Below the pieces are notes generated by a model, which worked only from the letters and a program-made list of their open reading frames with translations, was not told the origin of the DNA and did no database searches. Positions 32,256 to 47,800 of a stretch of 64,000 nt of DNA are shown one piece after another. The DNA is from the human T2T-CHM13v2.0 reference genome, Homo sapiens, in NCBI RefSeq assembly GCF_009914755.1, contig NC_060939.1. The stretch is one strand, 5' to 3'. A program made the translations under genes and the position numbers. The number at the start of each line of letters is the position of its first letter. The stretch's first letter is position 1.

Positions 32256-33009
32256 TGGTCAATTTCTATGAGTGATGAGAAAGCGAATACCTTTATTTCA
32301 CATAGCATTTGAAATCAGTACCCACTCATTACCTTTATACAATTGTTTATTTTAAATGATGTTTCTCACACCAAGACTGATGGGTTAACACCCTCTAACT
32401 CCAGTCCTACCTCTGGATAGGTAGGAAGGTTAACTAGAGTTCCTATATACCAACACACACAGTTCCTTAGGGTCAACATGTGAGAGAACATTTAGCAAAC
32501 AGTCTTTGTCCTAGGGCTGGGTTCACTTCTGGTTCCTGGTGCTGTGTTTTCATCTACCTTTGTTTCTGCCAGGAGTTGGGAGAGCTGGTGACTTCTTTCT
32601 GCTTCAGACCCTTTGGCTTCCAGACTCCAGCCCACTCTTGACTACAGGTGACCCACTGACACCCTGGAGCCTGCTCTATTGCCTTGGCCACCTTTTCTAG
32701 GGCTCTTGGCCTTGTTCCTGACCTTTTGCTGCACTAGAGTCCTCACCTTCTGTTGCAGATCCCAGTCCCTGACACTGGTGTGGCCTTCTCACCAGAGCAA
32801 GCAGGCCCAGCCAATCAGTTTCATTCTATTGTAACCTTTGCCCTATTTTGAAATCATGAGTGATTCTCTGCACTTCAGCAGGGCTCACTTCACCAACTGA
32901 AGATAAGGAAGCCCCTACTACCAAGGTCATGTTTCTAAATTCAAGACTTGTAAGATAGACTGAGAACCAGAAATAAACTAGATTGAAAAATCTAGTTTAG
33001 CCTTAGTGA

Positions 33010-33370
33010 TTTTTTTTGTACAAATATATTCAGCTTGTGTTATTTATAAAATTGAAATGTCCAGCAATAGATGGTAGTTGAATGAATTATAATACATCCC
33101 CATGATGAAATATTACTCAGCAATTGATATTTATCAAAAGGCTTTGATGAAGAAGGTAACGCTTATCGTATAATAGTCAGAAAATCAGGATATAAAATTG
33201 CACACAGAGAATGGTATCAACTATGTAAAACACACACATTTTTTAAAAAAAGACCAGAAAGAAATAGCTAATTTTTAATCTCTAGATAGGTATTGATTAT
33301 TTTCTTTTCTATGCTTTTCTGTACTTTCTGAGTATGCATTCCTTTTACAAGCAGAAAAAAAGGTAATATT
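33010..33370 (+). mobile_element. Old L1ME 3' fragment
   Basis: aatgtccagcaatag..gttgaatgaattataatacatcc...aaaagaccagaaagaaata...tgcttttctgtactttc. Confidence 0.6.
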
Positions 33371-33393
33371 AACTTTTTAAAAGAACTATTTTA

Positions 33394-34550
<1,157 letters not shown>

Positions 34551-34999
34551 ATTAACATTTTTTTCTGGCCCTTTTCTGTAAGTATATATTAGCTTCTAGA
34601 ACTCCACCCTAGAACTTAAAGTATGCCTCTTGGCCTTTAGATAGACAGCTGGATCTGGCTTTTTCATCCTTTTCTCAGCAGATTTAGCTGGTGACTGAGG
34701 AGACAGACTATTACAAAAGTTATAACCATACTTGTATTGGCCCAAGACATCACCTGAGAAATTATTGATGATTCTTGTGCATCCTTCATATTTCCTTAAG
34801 CTCCCAATAAACAACGGACCCTTTGCTTGGCTTTTCCGGGCTATGAAAATCTCTATAATAAAGAATTTGAGTGTTCAAGAAGGAAGTATACCTTTAGCCT
34901 AGTTGTCTGCCCTTTTGGAAATTTTTTATAGTTATCCAATAGGCAGCTTCACCTTGAAAGACTCTAGTTTACTGTAGATAGAATCTAATCATCAAGAAT

Positions 35000-35905
35000 C
35001 TAATGAATGTTGACTATATGCCCAGCACTCTGCTAGGAGCTGTGGATTGCAGAAAATTAATCCTATGTTGTCTTTGCCCTCAAGAAAGTTACAATTTGGC
35101 TGGGAAGATTAAAAAAAAAAACAAGCACATGTTAAACAGAACAATTGATGTCTGATCAGATACTATGGTTTGGGATAGTAAACCAGAAAAAATTAAATCA
35201 GACAGGAAAAGGAAGGCAAAAGCCCTGGGATTCATTTAATTTGTTTTTCTTGAACAGTCAGGCACTGTTCTAGTCACTGGAGACATAGCAATGAACAAAG
35301 TTGACAAAATCTCTACCCTCAGAGAGCTTACATTCTAAGGACATGAAAATAAGAAAAAATAAAGTAAAATAAATAGTATGACAGATGGTGGCCATGGAAA
35401 AATAAAGCAGAAAGTGGGATGTGTGTGTGCAAATTAAAATAGGTTGGTCAGGGACCATGTCTCTTAGAAGGTGATATATATGAGCAAACGGCTGAAGAAA
35501 TGAAGGAAGCAGTCATGTGGCTGTCCAGGGGAAATAGTATTCCAGACTCAGAAATCAGCAAGTGCAACAGCCTGAGGAGGGATGTGCCTGGCAGGTTGGA
35601 GAAACTGCAAGAAGACGAATATGGCAGGGGCGAAATGAACAAGAAAGTAAGTAGTAGGTGATCAGGTCAGAAAGACAATGGGAGAACTTTTTGGGCAGGG
35701 CCTTGGGGGCCATTTTAAGAATATGATCTTCTACTCTGAGTGAGATGGGAATCCAGTGGGAGGTTTTGGACAGGGGAGTAAGATATTTGGACATGCTTTA
35801 ATAGAATCACTTGGCAGCTGTTCTAGGAGTAGATTGAAGATAAACTGAAGGGGAAAGGCACAGAGACCAACTGGGAGGCTGTTGAAATAATCTATTGGCA
35901 TGGTC
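35000..35905 (-). mobile_element. L2 relics (L2a-like)
   Basis: gtcaggcactgttctag...ctctaccctcagagagcttacattcta...tactctgagtgagatgggaa...aatcacttggcagctg. Confidence 0.85.
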
Positions 35906-36077
35906 TTATTTTGAAGCAGGAGCCACCATGAACAAAAGGTAGTGTTCAGGAAACACTGAAGAGCCATACTTGACTGCAGAGAATGCCAAGTTGGAGATGA
36001 TGGGCAACTATGGTAGGATTGGATTTGGTAGGGGGTATAAAGGAGTCTAGAGTCAGAAAAATAGGGAGTTACCCTAG

Positions 36078-36480
36078 TATATTAGTCTGGTAGGGTTGCC
36101 ACAAGAAAATAACGTAGGCTGGATGCTTTAAACAACAGAAACTTATTTTTTCACAGTCCTGGAGGCTAGAAGTTCCATATCAAGGTATGAACTAATTTAG
36201 TCCCTGGTGAAGGCTCTCTTCTTGGCTTATAGATAATTGCTTCTCACTTGTCTTCACATGGCCTTTCCTCTGTGCTGGCATAAAGAGAAAAAACTCTGGT
36301 CTGTCTTTCTTTTCTTACAAGGGCACCGATACTATTGGATTGGGAACCCACTCTTATTACCTCATTTAACCTTAATTACCTTCTTAGAGACCCTATCTCC
36401 AAATACATTCCCATTAAGGGTTAGGGCTTCAACATATGAATTTGGTGGGGGTAGGGGGAGCAACATAATTCAGCTCATAA
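36078..36480 (-). mobile_element. MLT1A/B LTR (ERVL-MaLR)
   Basis: tattagtctggtagggttgcc...aaacaacagaaacttatt...acctcatttaaccttaattacc...gggcttcaacatatgaattt. Confidence 0.88.
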
Positions 36481-37464
36481 TATGTAGGTTATCAATTAGA
36501 GAATTTTGGGGAGACAAATCTGATATTGGCTACTAGGATGAATTGAAAGAGGAAAGCTTAGGGGACTAATCTGGAAGCTCTATGTAAGGATCAAGACAAG
36601 AGATGTTGCAAGCCTTGACTAGGGCACAGGTTAGCTAGTGAGGGACAGAGAGAGCCTTAGAGAAATTCCCTAGCTCTATTACCACATTTCTGTTATAGAA
36701 AAGGAATTTTGTGTCTTTATTTCCACTTATTTATCATATTTATTGAACATATGCCAGAGCATATATCAGAGAGTGAATTGGGCACACAAATATACCATTT
36801 GCTCATCCATACACATACACACCAAGACACTCCACTATATGTACTTTCACTCACCCTTCCCCACTTGCACATGCCTGTGAGCATCTATGAAACAGTATTT
36901 CAAGGATGCAAATGCAGAAGAAAAAGAACATGCTTACAACATAAGTTTGTGAGAGAAAAGACTGGGTAGATAGGAAGGAGAATCAGAAGTATGACAGTTA
37001 AGAGAGAGAATTGAAATTCAGATTGCTGAAGTCCAGGAGAAGACTCATGACCAGGTAAGGTGAATTTCTCTGTAACATATTCTACTACCAAGTTACACTA
37101 ATTTTCCACTATTTTGTGGATGTAGGTCATACTAAAAGCCAGTGTTTTATAAACAGGCATATGTAGCATACAGAGTTGATATTCATTTGATGGTTATCTT
37201 TGTTCCAGTTTCAGAAAGAGACCACCTGGCCGATGTGAACTCCCTGCTTTCAGTTTAATAGGCAGTGTCTGCTGACCCTTCTTGTACTAGGGTGGTCTGA
37301 GCTGAATGAGGACAGGGCTTTCTAGAAGGGAGATTCAAAAGAAACAAATAAAAGGTAAAGGCAATATGCTGTTTCAGCTAACACTGCCGACGTGCTGAGT
37401 AGGGTGCACCAACAGTGCAAGGGCAATAGGTGGGAAGAGAAGGGACAAAATACTGCACAAGAGA

Positions 37465-37710
37465 AGTTAGGTAGCACAGAGGTTAGCATACGGCCTCTGG
37501 AGTTACACTAATCTTGGTCTCAAGCTCAGCTTCTCCACTTAGTGATGTGGTCTTGAACACATTATTTAACCTTTGTGTGCCTTTGTTTTTGTTAACAGAA
37601 AGGAAATCAGAAAAGAACAGTATTTACCTCATAGGTTGCAGTGAAGATTAAATGACATATCAAAAGCGTTCATCATAGCTTGGCACACAGTAGGCCTGAA
37701 AATTAACTGG
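37465..37710 (+). mobile_element. MIR
   Basis: ggttagcat..ggcctctggagt...atttaacctttgtgtgcct...tacctcataggttgcagtgaagattaaatga...tggcacacagtagg. Confidence 0.8.
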
Positions 37711-38323
37711 TGGAAGTTGTTTTTCTAAAAGTCAAAAGTGGAAACATTTGCAGTGCTAAAAATAATAAGCATTAAGCTTTCCATTTACAAATCTAACTAG
37801 ATTATAGGTCTTGAGAATGGTGGGAGTATCTTGGTCAAAAAAATTTTTGTGAAACATCCCACTGGTAAAATGAGTTTTCTCACAATCCCATTCTTTGTGA
37901 GACTGAATATGGAATGCCACAGAACTAGACAGGAATCTCACTCCAAGTTTGCTGACCACCAGATGCACGATGACATTTTCCCAAGATATTTGCTAGGTTT
38001 TTTTTCCTCCAAATAATGAGTCATTATTGTAAGATATTGTTTATTGTAAAACTCTTGTGTTCCTTCCGTACATACTAAAACAAAAGGTCACTTTAAAGGC
38101 ACATTATGTTGTAGTCAAGAATAAAAGAATACAATGTTGTGAAATGTCATACTGTATGATGGGCCCTGTCTTGCTGTGCCTTCTTTATATCAATTTAAAA
38201 TATACACATTAGATACAAAGCAAGTGGCAGAACATTTAGTTGGACCCTACTTATGCAAAAATTGTATTTTTTTATATGCACAGAGAGTTTCTGGAAGGAC
38301 AGAAAATAATCTACTGATAATGA

Positions 38324-38641
<318 letters not shown>

Positions 38642-38916
38642 TGATTCTTTTGCTTTTCATGATATATCCTGTGTACCTTGAGTTTTTTACCAATGAACAT
38701 GTATTATTTGCAGAGTAATTTTCTAAGCCATATGAAAATGCATACAGAAAAAAAAATTACACTGCCAGATTAATAGTAGGCCTCAAAACTATAGAAATAA
38801 TTTAAGGAGAAGGAGTAAGAAATGTCATCTGAGATTGTCTTTCAAGATAAAAGACAAACATAACAGATAAAAAATAAATATATGTGTGTGCACGTAACTA
38901 TTAAAACATTATAACA

Positions 38917-39237
<321 letters not shown>

Positions 39238-40367
39238 TTATGACACCTACAGGCTAATTCATGTAGAGAACCAGGATCTCTTCACGGGTAATACCATGAA
39301 GAATTACCTCCAAGTATTCCCAGGGTTATTCCATAAATGTGGGGGTTTGAGCTACAGCATTTTTACTAAAATGAGGTAACTCAGTGGAGCTCAATCCAGA
39401 AGAAACTTCTGACTCAGAGGTTCTAGCCACATTTAGTATCTGGATGTATCTACGCTGCTACACCCAACTCTGCTCAGTGTTTTTCCTTCACTGAGTCAGA
39501 ATAATGACTCTAGGGGTGTAGCTGTATCACAGTAGTAATGGAACCCCCATCCCTATATTGACTGAAAGCACATTTCTAAGTACTTTGCTTTTTGTCCTGT
39601 GCCCTCACTCTGACTCTTGGATATTATGACAGAAAAGCCAAATAACTTGCTCATAATTAAATGTCATGCACTCTTACACAAAAATGGACATTTAACTAGT
39701 GAAAAATTAAAATATCTTGGTAAGTCTCTTGATATGGGGTTATAGTCATAAGTGACCTAAACCAGAGAATGAAGTCACTAAGAGACCTCCCAAAAGCTTC
39801 AAACTAAGAAAAGCATGCTAAAAATTAAGGAAAAACCTTCCAAAAATAGGAGTCTTGGTGAAGACAAGACAAAATGCCATTTTATTGACAGCATCCTCTC
39901 TAAGTTATGGAGATTGTTATAACCTCCCCTGCAGGTGTCTTCAGTAAATATTTTGCTCTACAAAATAAAATAATCCAAAAACTTGTAGCTTCTCTGCCCA
40001 AACAACGATCATTTTTAACTGCTCTATGGACAGTGAGTGAACCTATATATATGGGTAGCATGAGAAGAGTTTATGGAGCGTGAAGCTTTACTTTGTTCAG
40101 GCTTACAGGAAGAAATCACTGGCCAATATAAATTTCCTGCTTTCAACTAACATGACAGTGTCTGTTATATCCTTTCTTATGGTCTGGGCTAAATGAGGAC
40201 AGGACTCTTTGCAAAGGAGATTCAAAAGGAAGTTGCAAAAATATGTCTTCTGTCACTGTGAATCTGCAGGTCTCATCTGGGTTTCTTTGTATTTTTCAAA
40301 ACCATCTTATAATCTATTCCTCTATGCCTGATTTCCCAAATAGAAGCACTATAAAAAACCAAACCCT

Positions 40368-40700
40368 TGCACTGGGCACGGTGGCCCAAGCATATAATCT
40401 CAGCACTTTGAAAGGCTGAGGTGGGAGGATTGCTTGAGGCTAGGAGTTTGAGACCAGCCCGGGCAACATAGTGAGATCCCATCTCTACAAAAAAAAAAAA
40501 AAAAAAAATACAAACACTAGCCAGGTGTGGTGGTGTGCACCTATAGTTTCAGCTACTCGGGAAACTGAGTTGGGAGGATTTCTTGAGGCTGGGAGGCCGA
40601 GGTCACAGTGAGCCATGATCATGCCACTGCACTCCAGCCTGGGCAACAGAGTGAGACCTTATCTCAAAGGAAAAAAATAAAAATAAAAAAATAAGAAGTA
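40368..40700 (+). mobile_element. AluJ
   Basis: ggaggattgcttgaggc...catagtgagat; TSD aaaaa(c/t)caaaccctt. Confidence 0.93.
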
Positions 40701-41078
40701 AAAAAATCAAACCCTTAAATATATTGATTCAAAGTAACAGGAAAGAGGAAACTGTCTGGATTCTGTCCCTGGCACAAGTATAAAATACACATTATTGACA
40801 AGTACCTGGAGAAAAAACAGGATAGAAGACTCATGGTAAGATTATTGAATTGTTTGGATTAGTTTTAGCTTTTGACTATTATAACAAATGTTCCAGATTT
40901 TATCTAAGCCAAGCTATCTGCTCAGCAGTCACCCCTTTTTTTTTGCTGCATTATAAGCAAATAAGGCATAATGGTGGTGGTGATGGCAGACCCCAAACCT
41001 GTGTCACTGGAGACAAGGAGAGAGAGCTGGGACTCTGTTAAAGAAAAGTGTGTAACAGGACAAGGGAATAGCCTATCA

Positions 41079-41522
<444 letters not shown>

Positions 41523-41692
41523 CTAGCTGTGAGAAACCATGGAAAGTCAATTTGTTGAAAATGTTACATCATCATTTTCTGCAACGAATGGTATTCAAAC
41601 TCCATATAGTACCATAGCTTCATATTTGACATTATATAAAATCTGACTTTCAGCTCCCAGCTGGAAGTTTAATGCATACCTGGATTAGTTGT

Positions 41693-42210
41693 ACACTTGA
41701 CTCTCATTGTTTGCAGATTTCATATTTGAGAATTCACCTACTCATTAAAATGTATTTGTAAACAGAAAATCAATATTTCTGGTGCTTTCACAGTCATTCA
41801 TGAACATACATTTGCAAAGACTAATGAAAAATGTGAGTAACCCAAAGCGCACATTCTGAGCTGGGACTGATTCTCTGTCTTCTAGTTTCAGCTCTCAGAA
41901 TATACACAACTGTTCTTCTTGCAACCTATTTAGTGCCACAGTTTTTGCATTTTTGGGCTTTGTGTTGGTGACTTTGCTATTTAATGGCCCTCAAAACATA
42001 GTGCTGAAGTGCTGTCTAGTGTTCCTAAGTGCAGGAAGGCTGTATCTTATGGAGAAAATATGTGTGTTAGGTAAGCTATGTTCAGGCATGAGTTATAGTG
42101 CTGTTGGCCATGAGGTCAACCTTAATGAATCAATAATATACATTAAATAAGTTGTTTTTAAACAGAAACACACACAAAACAAAGGTACGTATGACTGACT
42201 GACAAATTGG
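41693..42210 (+). mobile_element. TcMar-Tigger relic (MER82-like)
   Basis: gaattcacctactc, tagtgctgaagtgctgtctagtgttcctaag, caggcatgagttatagtgctgttggcc, taaacagaaacacac. Confidence 0.75.
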
Positions 42211-42257
42211 CTCAAAGGAATTTCCCGTAAATGTTGGAAAATAACTTCATGGATAGG

Positions 42258-42716
42258 GATATTTGTTTCCTAGGACTGCCAGAACAAACTACCACAAACC
42301 TGGTAGCTTAAAACAACAGAAATTTATTCTCTCACAGTTCTGGAGCCAGAAGTCTGAAATCAAGGTGCTGGCAGGGTTATATTTTCTTTCTTTGAAGGCT
42401 TTAGAGGGGAAGTTCTTCCTTGCCTTTCTCCTACCTTCTGGTGTTTCTTGGCTCTTGGTTTCTTGGCTTATGGCAGCAAAACTCCAATCTCTGGTTCTGT
42501 CTTCACTTTGACCTCTTCTCTGTGTGTCTGTGTCCAAATCTTCCTCTCCTTTCTCTTATAAAGAAACCAATCATTGAATTTAGAGCCCATCCTAAAACCA
42601 GGATGCTTTCATCTTAAGATCTTTAATTACATCTGCAAAGATGCTGCTTCCAAATGAGGTCACATTCTGAGGTCTTAGTATACATGAATTTTGGGGTGAC
42701 ATTATTCAACTCACTA
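42258..42716 (-). mobile_element. MLT1 (B/C-like) LTR
   Basis: gtttcctaggactgcc..aactaccacaaac..cttaaaacaacagaaatttattctctcacagttctggag...ggtcacattctgagg. Confidence 0.88.
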
Positions 42717-43869
42717 CGATGGGCTTAATAATGGATTACACACAGCTAAGTGACAATACAAAACCAATATAAATTTAATAATGGATTACACATAGCTAAG
42801 TGACAATATTAAAAAAAAGGCAAATGAAAATCCAAAATAAAGCATATAAAGGCAAAAAAAAAAAAACGAAAAAAAATTAAGGTTAGAGACATAGGATACA
42901 ATGAAAAGGTCTAATATATGCTTATTTGGAGTTTCAGAAAAAAAGAAGAGAGAAAATGTGGCAGAAGCAATACCCAAGGAGACAATATCTGATATTCTGC
43001 TATAGCTGGTGAGAGATATCAATCTGTAGATTCAACAGACCCAAAGGATGCCAAGAGGATGCATTTTTAAAAGTCCACATCTAGGTACATCACAGTAAAA
43101 TTGTGGAAAACCAAAGACAAAGAGAACATCTTCAAAGCAGCTAAAGATAAAAAGACAGTTAATTTTCAAAGGCAAAACAATTAGATTGACAGTTGACTCC
43201 TCAAAAGAAACAATAAAAACCACAAGATAGTAAAATATTTTTGATGTGCTGGAAGGAAATAATAGCACACTTAGATTTATATACCCAGTGAAAATATTCT
43301 TCAAAAATGAAGATGAAATAAAGACATTTTCAGACCAATAAGTACCAGAAGAATTTATTATCAGCAGATCTATATAAGGAAAATACCAAAGAGGATTTTC
43401 ATATAGTTTTGAGCAAATTTACTATAATTTAATTTAAAAATGATTCAATTCAAGAAGCTAGAAAAGGAGCCACAGAATATATATTTAAAGAAATGACAAT
43501 AAAGGAAGTCATACAGATCAGGGCAAAAATCAGTAAGAGAACAAAAAACATAATAAAGATGAGCCCCAAACTGGAAAGTTAGAAAGACTAATAAGATAGA
43601 CATAATAAACAAATACAGAACAAAAAAGGGGAATAATCATAAATATAATGGATATTAAAAATAAAAAGAATATCACAAACTATATCCTGATAAATTTGAA
43701 GACTGATATAAATCAGGTATATTTCTGAAAACAAATAAAATGCCAAAATAGCACAAGATAAGTTTTTGAAAGGATGAATAATCATTAAAGAAATTGCAAA
43801 ATTTAAAAATCTTACTATCTCTGAAATGTCTTAGTCCAAACAGCATTACAAGTGAGTTCTTTCAAGAAC

Positions 43870-44065
43870 ATATTATACATATTATATGTATATATATAAT
43901 ATTATACATATTATATGTATATATATAATATTATACATATACACATATATTATACATATTATATGTATACATATATTATACGTATATACATATATTATAC
44001 ATATGATATTGTATGTGTATAATATGCTACATATTATATGTAATATAATAATGTATATTATATAC
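43870..44065. repeat. AT-rich low-complexity (TATTATACA/TA)n repeat
   Basis: Seen directly. Confidence 0.9.
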
Positions 44066-44573
44066 TGTTATAATAAACAGAAAGAGTGAAAGCTGCCTAT
44101 TCATTTTATGATGTAAAATAACCTTGATAGCTAAACCAATGAAAGACAGTCCAAGAAGAGAAAATTATAGCCCAATTTTACTTAAAATCATAGGTGGCAA
44201 ACCTCTAAATAAAATGTTGGCTATTAAATGCAAAATTGTACTGAAAAGGAAGATATAATCATCAGTCTGAGTTTATCCCAGAATGTTGGGATGATTTAAC
44301 ACCATGTAACCCACTATGTGAACACACATGTTCATCTTATTAGGTCGAGGAATATTTTATATAGCTCATAAAACCTATTTTCATAAAACCTATTTATGAT
44401 TTTTAAAGAGCTTTTAGAAGACAAAAAACAGAAGAGAATTTTTGTAATTTAAAGAATGCTAACTCCTCAAAACTGATAACGAATTTCATGCCTAATGGAG
44501 AAATTTGAGATGCTTACAAATAAATGTGTGTGTGTATTTTTGACATGATTATCCATATTAAAAACACAGGTGA

Positions 44574-44867
<294 letters not shown>

Positions 44868-47800
44868 TCAGCAAGGTTGGTAAACATAAAAACCAGTATG
44901 CAAATTATCAATATCATTCTTCTATTTCAATAATAACCAACTAGAAAATATTTTAGAAAATGACAGATCATAAGCTATAAAGATTTTGAAATTAATATAA
45001 CAAAGAATGCTCAAAATCTTTATAGTGAAAAAAACTAAAAACAAGAGTCACATAAAAGTCACATAAAAGGAAACAAATCTATCTCTGAATTTAATGTAAT
45101 TCCAATTAAAACTCCACAGTACCTTAAAGAAACTTGACAAACTGATGGCAAAATTGATACAGAAAAATAAAGATAAAGATACATGAATACTAAAATAAAT
45201 TTCAAAATGAGCAGAAAATTGGGTGGAGAGATTCTCCTGTAATGAAGACATCACTCAGCTCAGTAATAAAAACACAACGTGGCACTGGTGAGGAAACAAA
45301 TAGAACTAGACTACAGAACCCAGAAATATACCCCTTGCCTTTGTAGAAGTGGTAGTTAAAAAAGGTAGCATCACAAATCAGTGGGGAATAATAATTTAGT
45401 AGATGAAATTGAGAAAATGTGCTTCATTACAAAGAAATGAAAAGCTTGATGCTTACCTCAAATCATATACCATAATAAACTCCAAATAAAGATTTAAATA
45501 TAAAAGGGAAACTATAAAACAACACTTCTGTATTGGAAAAGATTTCTTAAATGAGTTCTTAAAAAACATGGATGATGAGGAGGAAAAAGGATAGACTTAT
45601 CATTAGAATGAAAGTTTTATGTTCAATAAGGACATAAGAGACAATGCTTCGGAGAATAGTTGCAAATCTAAAATAAGATAGATAAGAGTTTAATATCTAG
45701 AATACACAAATGGCCTGACATAGATCAGTAAAAATAAGCCAATAACAGATTGTGAAGAGTAGACAGTCCATAGAAGGGGACAACTAAATGGCTAATAAAT
45801 GTATGAAGAGATGTACAAGCTCATTAGTAATAAAAATGTGCATTTAAAAAACAATAAGATACCGAAGTTAGATATTATCAAGGGCTGTCAAGGATAAAAG
45901 AAAACTGGAACCCTCATGCACTACTGGTGGGAACATAAATGATACAGCCATTTTGATGAGTTATCTGGCAGTACTTGGTGAAATAAAGTACTATGCCCTA
46001 AGACCCAGTATTTCCAGATACACATGCCAGAATAAATTTTGCACAGGTACATAAGGAGATAAAGATAAAGTGTTCATCAGAATTATTTATGTAGTAAGGA
46101 TCTGGAAGGAACCTCCATAGATGTCTATCACAGGATAAATATGTAAATTGCGGCATGCATATGAGATATAAGTGACAAAACAACAGTCAGAAGTAATAAA
46201 CCAGATTTAAAAATAACATGGATAAAAGCATAGTTTAAAAAGGTACTGAGAGTGTTAAAGGGACGGGTTCAAAAGGACTAAGTAGAGGCATTTGATACTT
46301 GTCTCCTCCACAAAGAAGAACCAAAATAGCAAGTAGATAATCACACTTTGAATGGATAATCTAAGAAAGAAAACTAGAATTCAACAGAGAAGTAACAGGA
46401 AACACCTAAGGCAAAGAAGGAGAGGGAATCAAGGCAGCCTGCTCAGCCAGGATTGGCTGGTAGCCTAAAGAGGCTGCTCAATGTGGAGAAAGGGTAAGTG
46501 AGAGACGGAGAGACCACCCGTGGTCCACATTCCTATGGAGGACTCCCACAGTCCTAGACAAAGGAAGAGTCCCTTACCTTTACAGGCCCTGAGACTAACA
46601 TAGGGAACTGCCTGGAGACCATACCACACAACACCCTTGCTCCAAAGAGGAAACTCATGCTAGGTCCCATGCATCCCTATGAGTCCTAAGTAGCTACAAC
46701 ATGGCAGGATACTGAGAGCTCAGTCTCCACCAGACTGCCTCCTGCCATGGGGCCCAACAGTCTCTGCATCTCCACATTCCTGGAGTCCCACTGACATGCC
46801 CTGCCTACAGCCACTGCCACTGCTGGCTACTGCTGCCAGGGCTGAAGTGGGAGCCAATGCCAATAATCCTGTTGTCCCCAGAAGCACTGCTGTGGCATAT
46901 TTATGAGTGCCATGAGGACAGGCTATCCTATCCACAGCCATACTCTGAGGCCAAATCATGTGCTACCCAGCCACCTGCTTTCTGCTGGCTACCACTGAAA
47001 GCAACCCTGCCATCCCCACAGGGGCCTGGGGATCACTCTGCCTCTGCCAAAAATAGCCAATGCCCACATGTACAACTGAGGGACCTGAGGACAGGTCTGC
47101 CCAGCCAAGCTCCACCCTCTGGCCAGTGCCTGAGAATGTCATCTGGGGCCTGGGATCACCCTGCCTCATCCATCATCACTGGCACCTGAGCACTCTTCCC
47201 AGGGTCCTAAGGATGGGACCACTCAACCTGCCACTACCACCACAGTTGGCACCCACCTGAATGCATCACCTGAGGGCCTGAGTACCTGTTGCAGCCACCT
47301 CCAACACCAGTGTGAACCACTTGGGAGCCAGGGAGTTGTTCTGTCACTACCACTGCCATTGTTCATGTACCACCCACTGCCCAGGAGCTCAACAACCTGC
47401 GCACACACCAGGCCACCAATGCCACTGCTGGCACCCAAGCAAGGTGGCGGAAGGCCCAAGAAATGACCCACCTGAAGCAACTAACACAAGTGCCAGTGCA
47501 TGCTGTCCTGGGGCCCAAGGACAGGCATGTCCAGCCTTCCATGGCCACCACTGGGGCCAGTGGAGTAGTCTACCTGGTGTCTCTGTTCCCAGTAAAATTT
47601 CACCAGAGCCTCCACTAACAACAAAACCCTAAGCCACTAAGGAAATCACATACATACACCACAGATGCTGTTTATAGCCAAATAAATCATACAGACCCTA
47701 TACTACTGCTCACACCCATAATCAAAGCCAAAGTGTCCTACCCAACAAACATTATAGATATATCATCAGGAAAAAGTCCTCCTCTAAGAGGAAGAAGTGA

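Noticed and set aside
34596-34814. 72-aa minus-strand ORF in unique DNA
   Set aside because: Length compatible with chance; no homology or clear splice boundaries.
42725-42808. Repeat-spacer-repeat resembling a CRISPR unit
   Set aside because: Only two repeats, primate context and no cas genes.
46720-47632. Cluster of Pro/His/Cys-rich ORFs
   Set aside because: They lie in the C-rich 5' UTR of the L1MA element.
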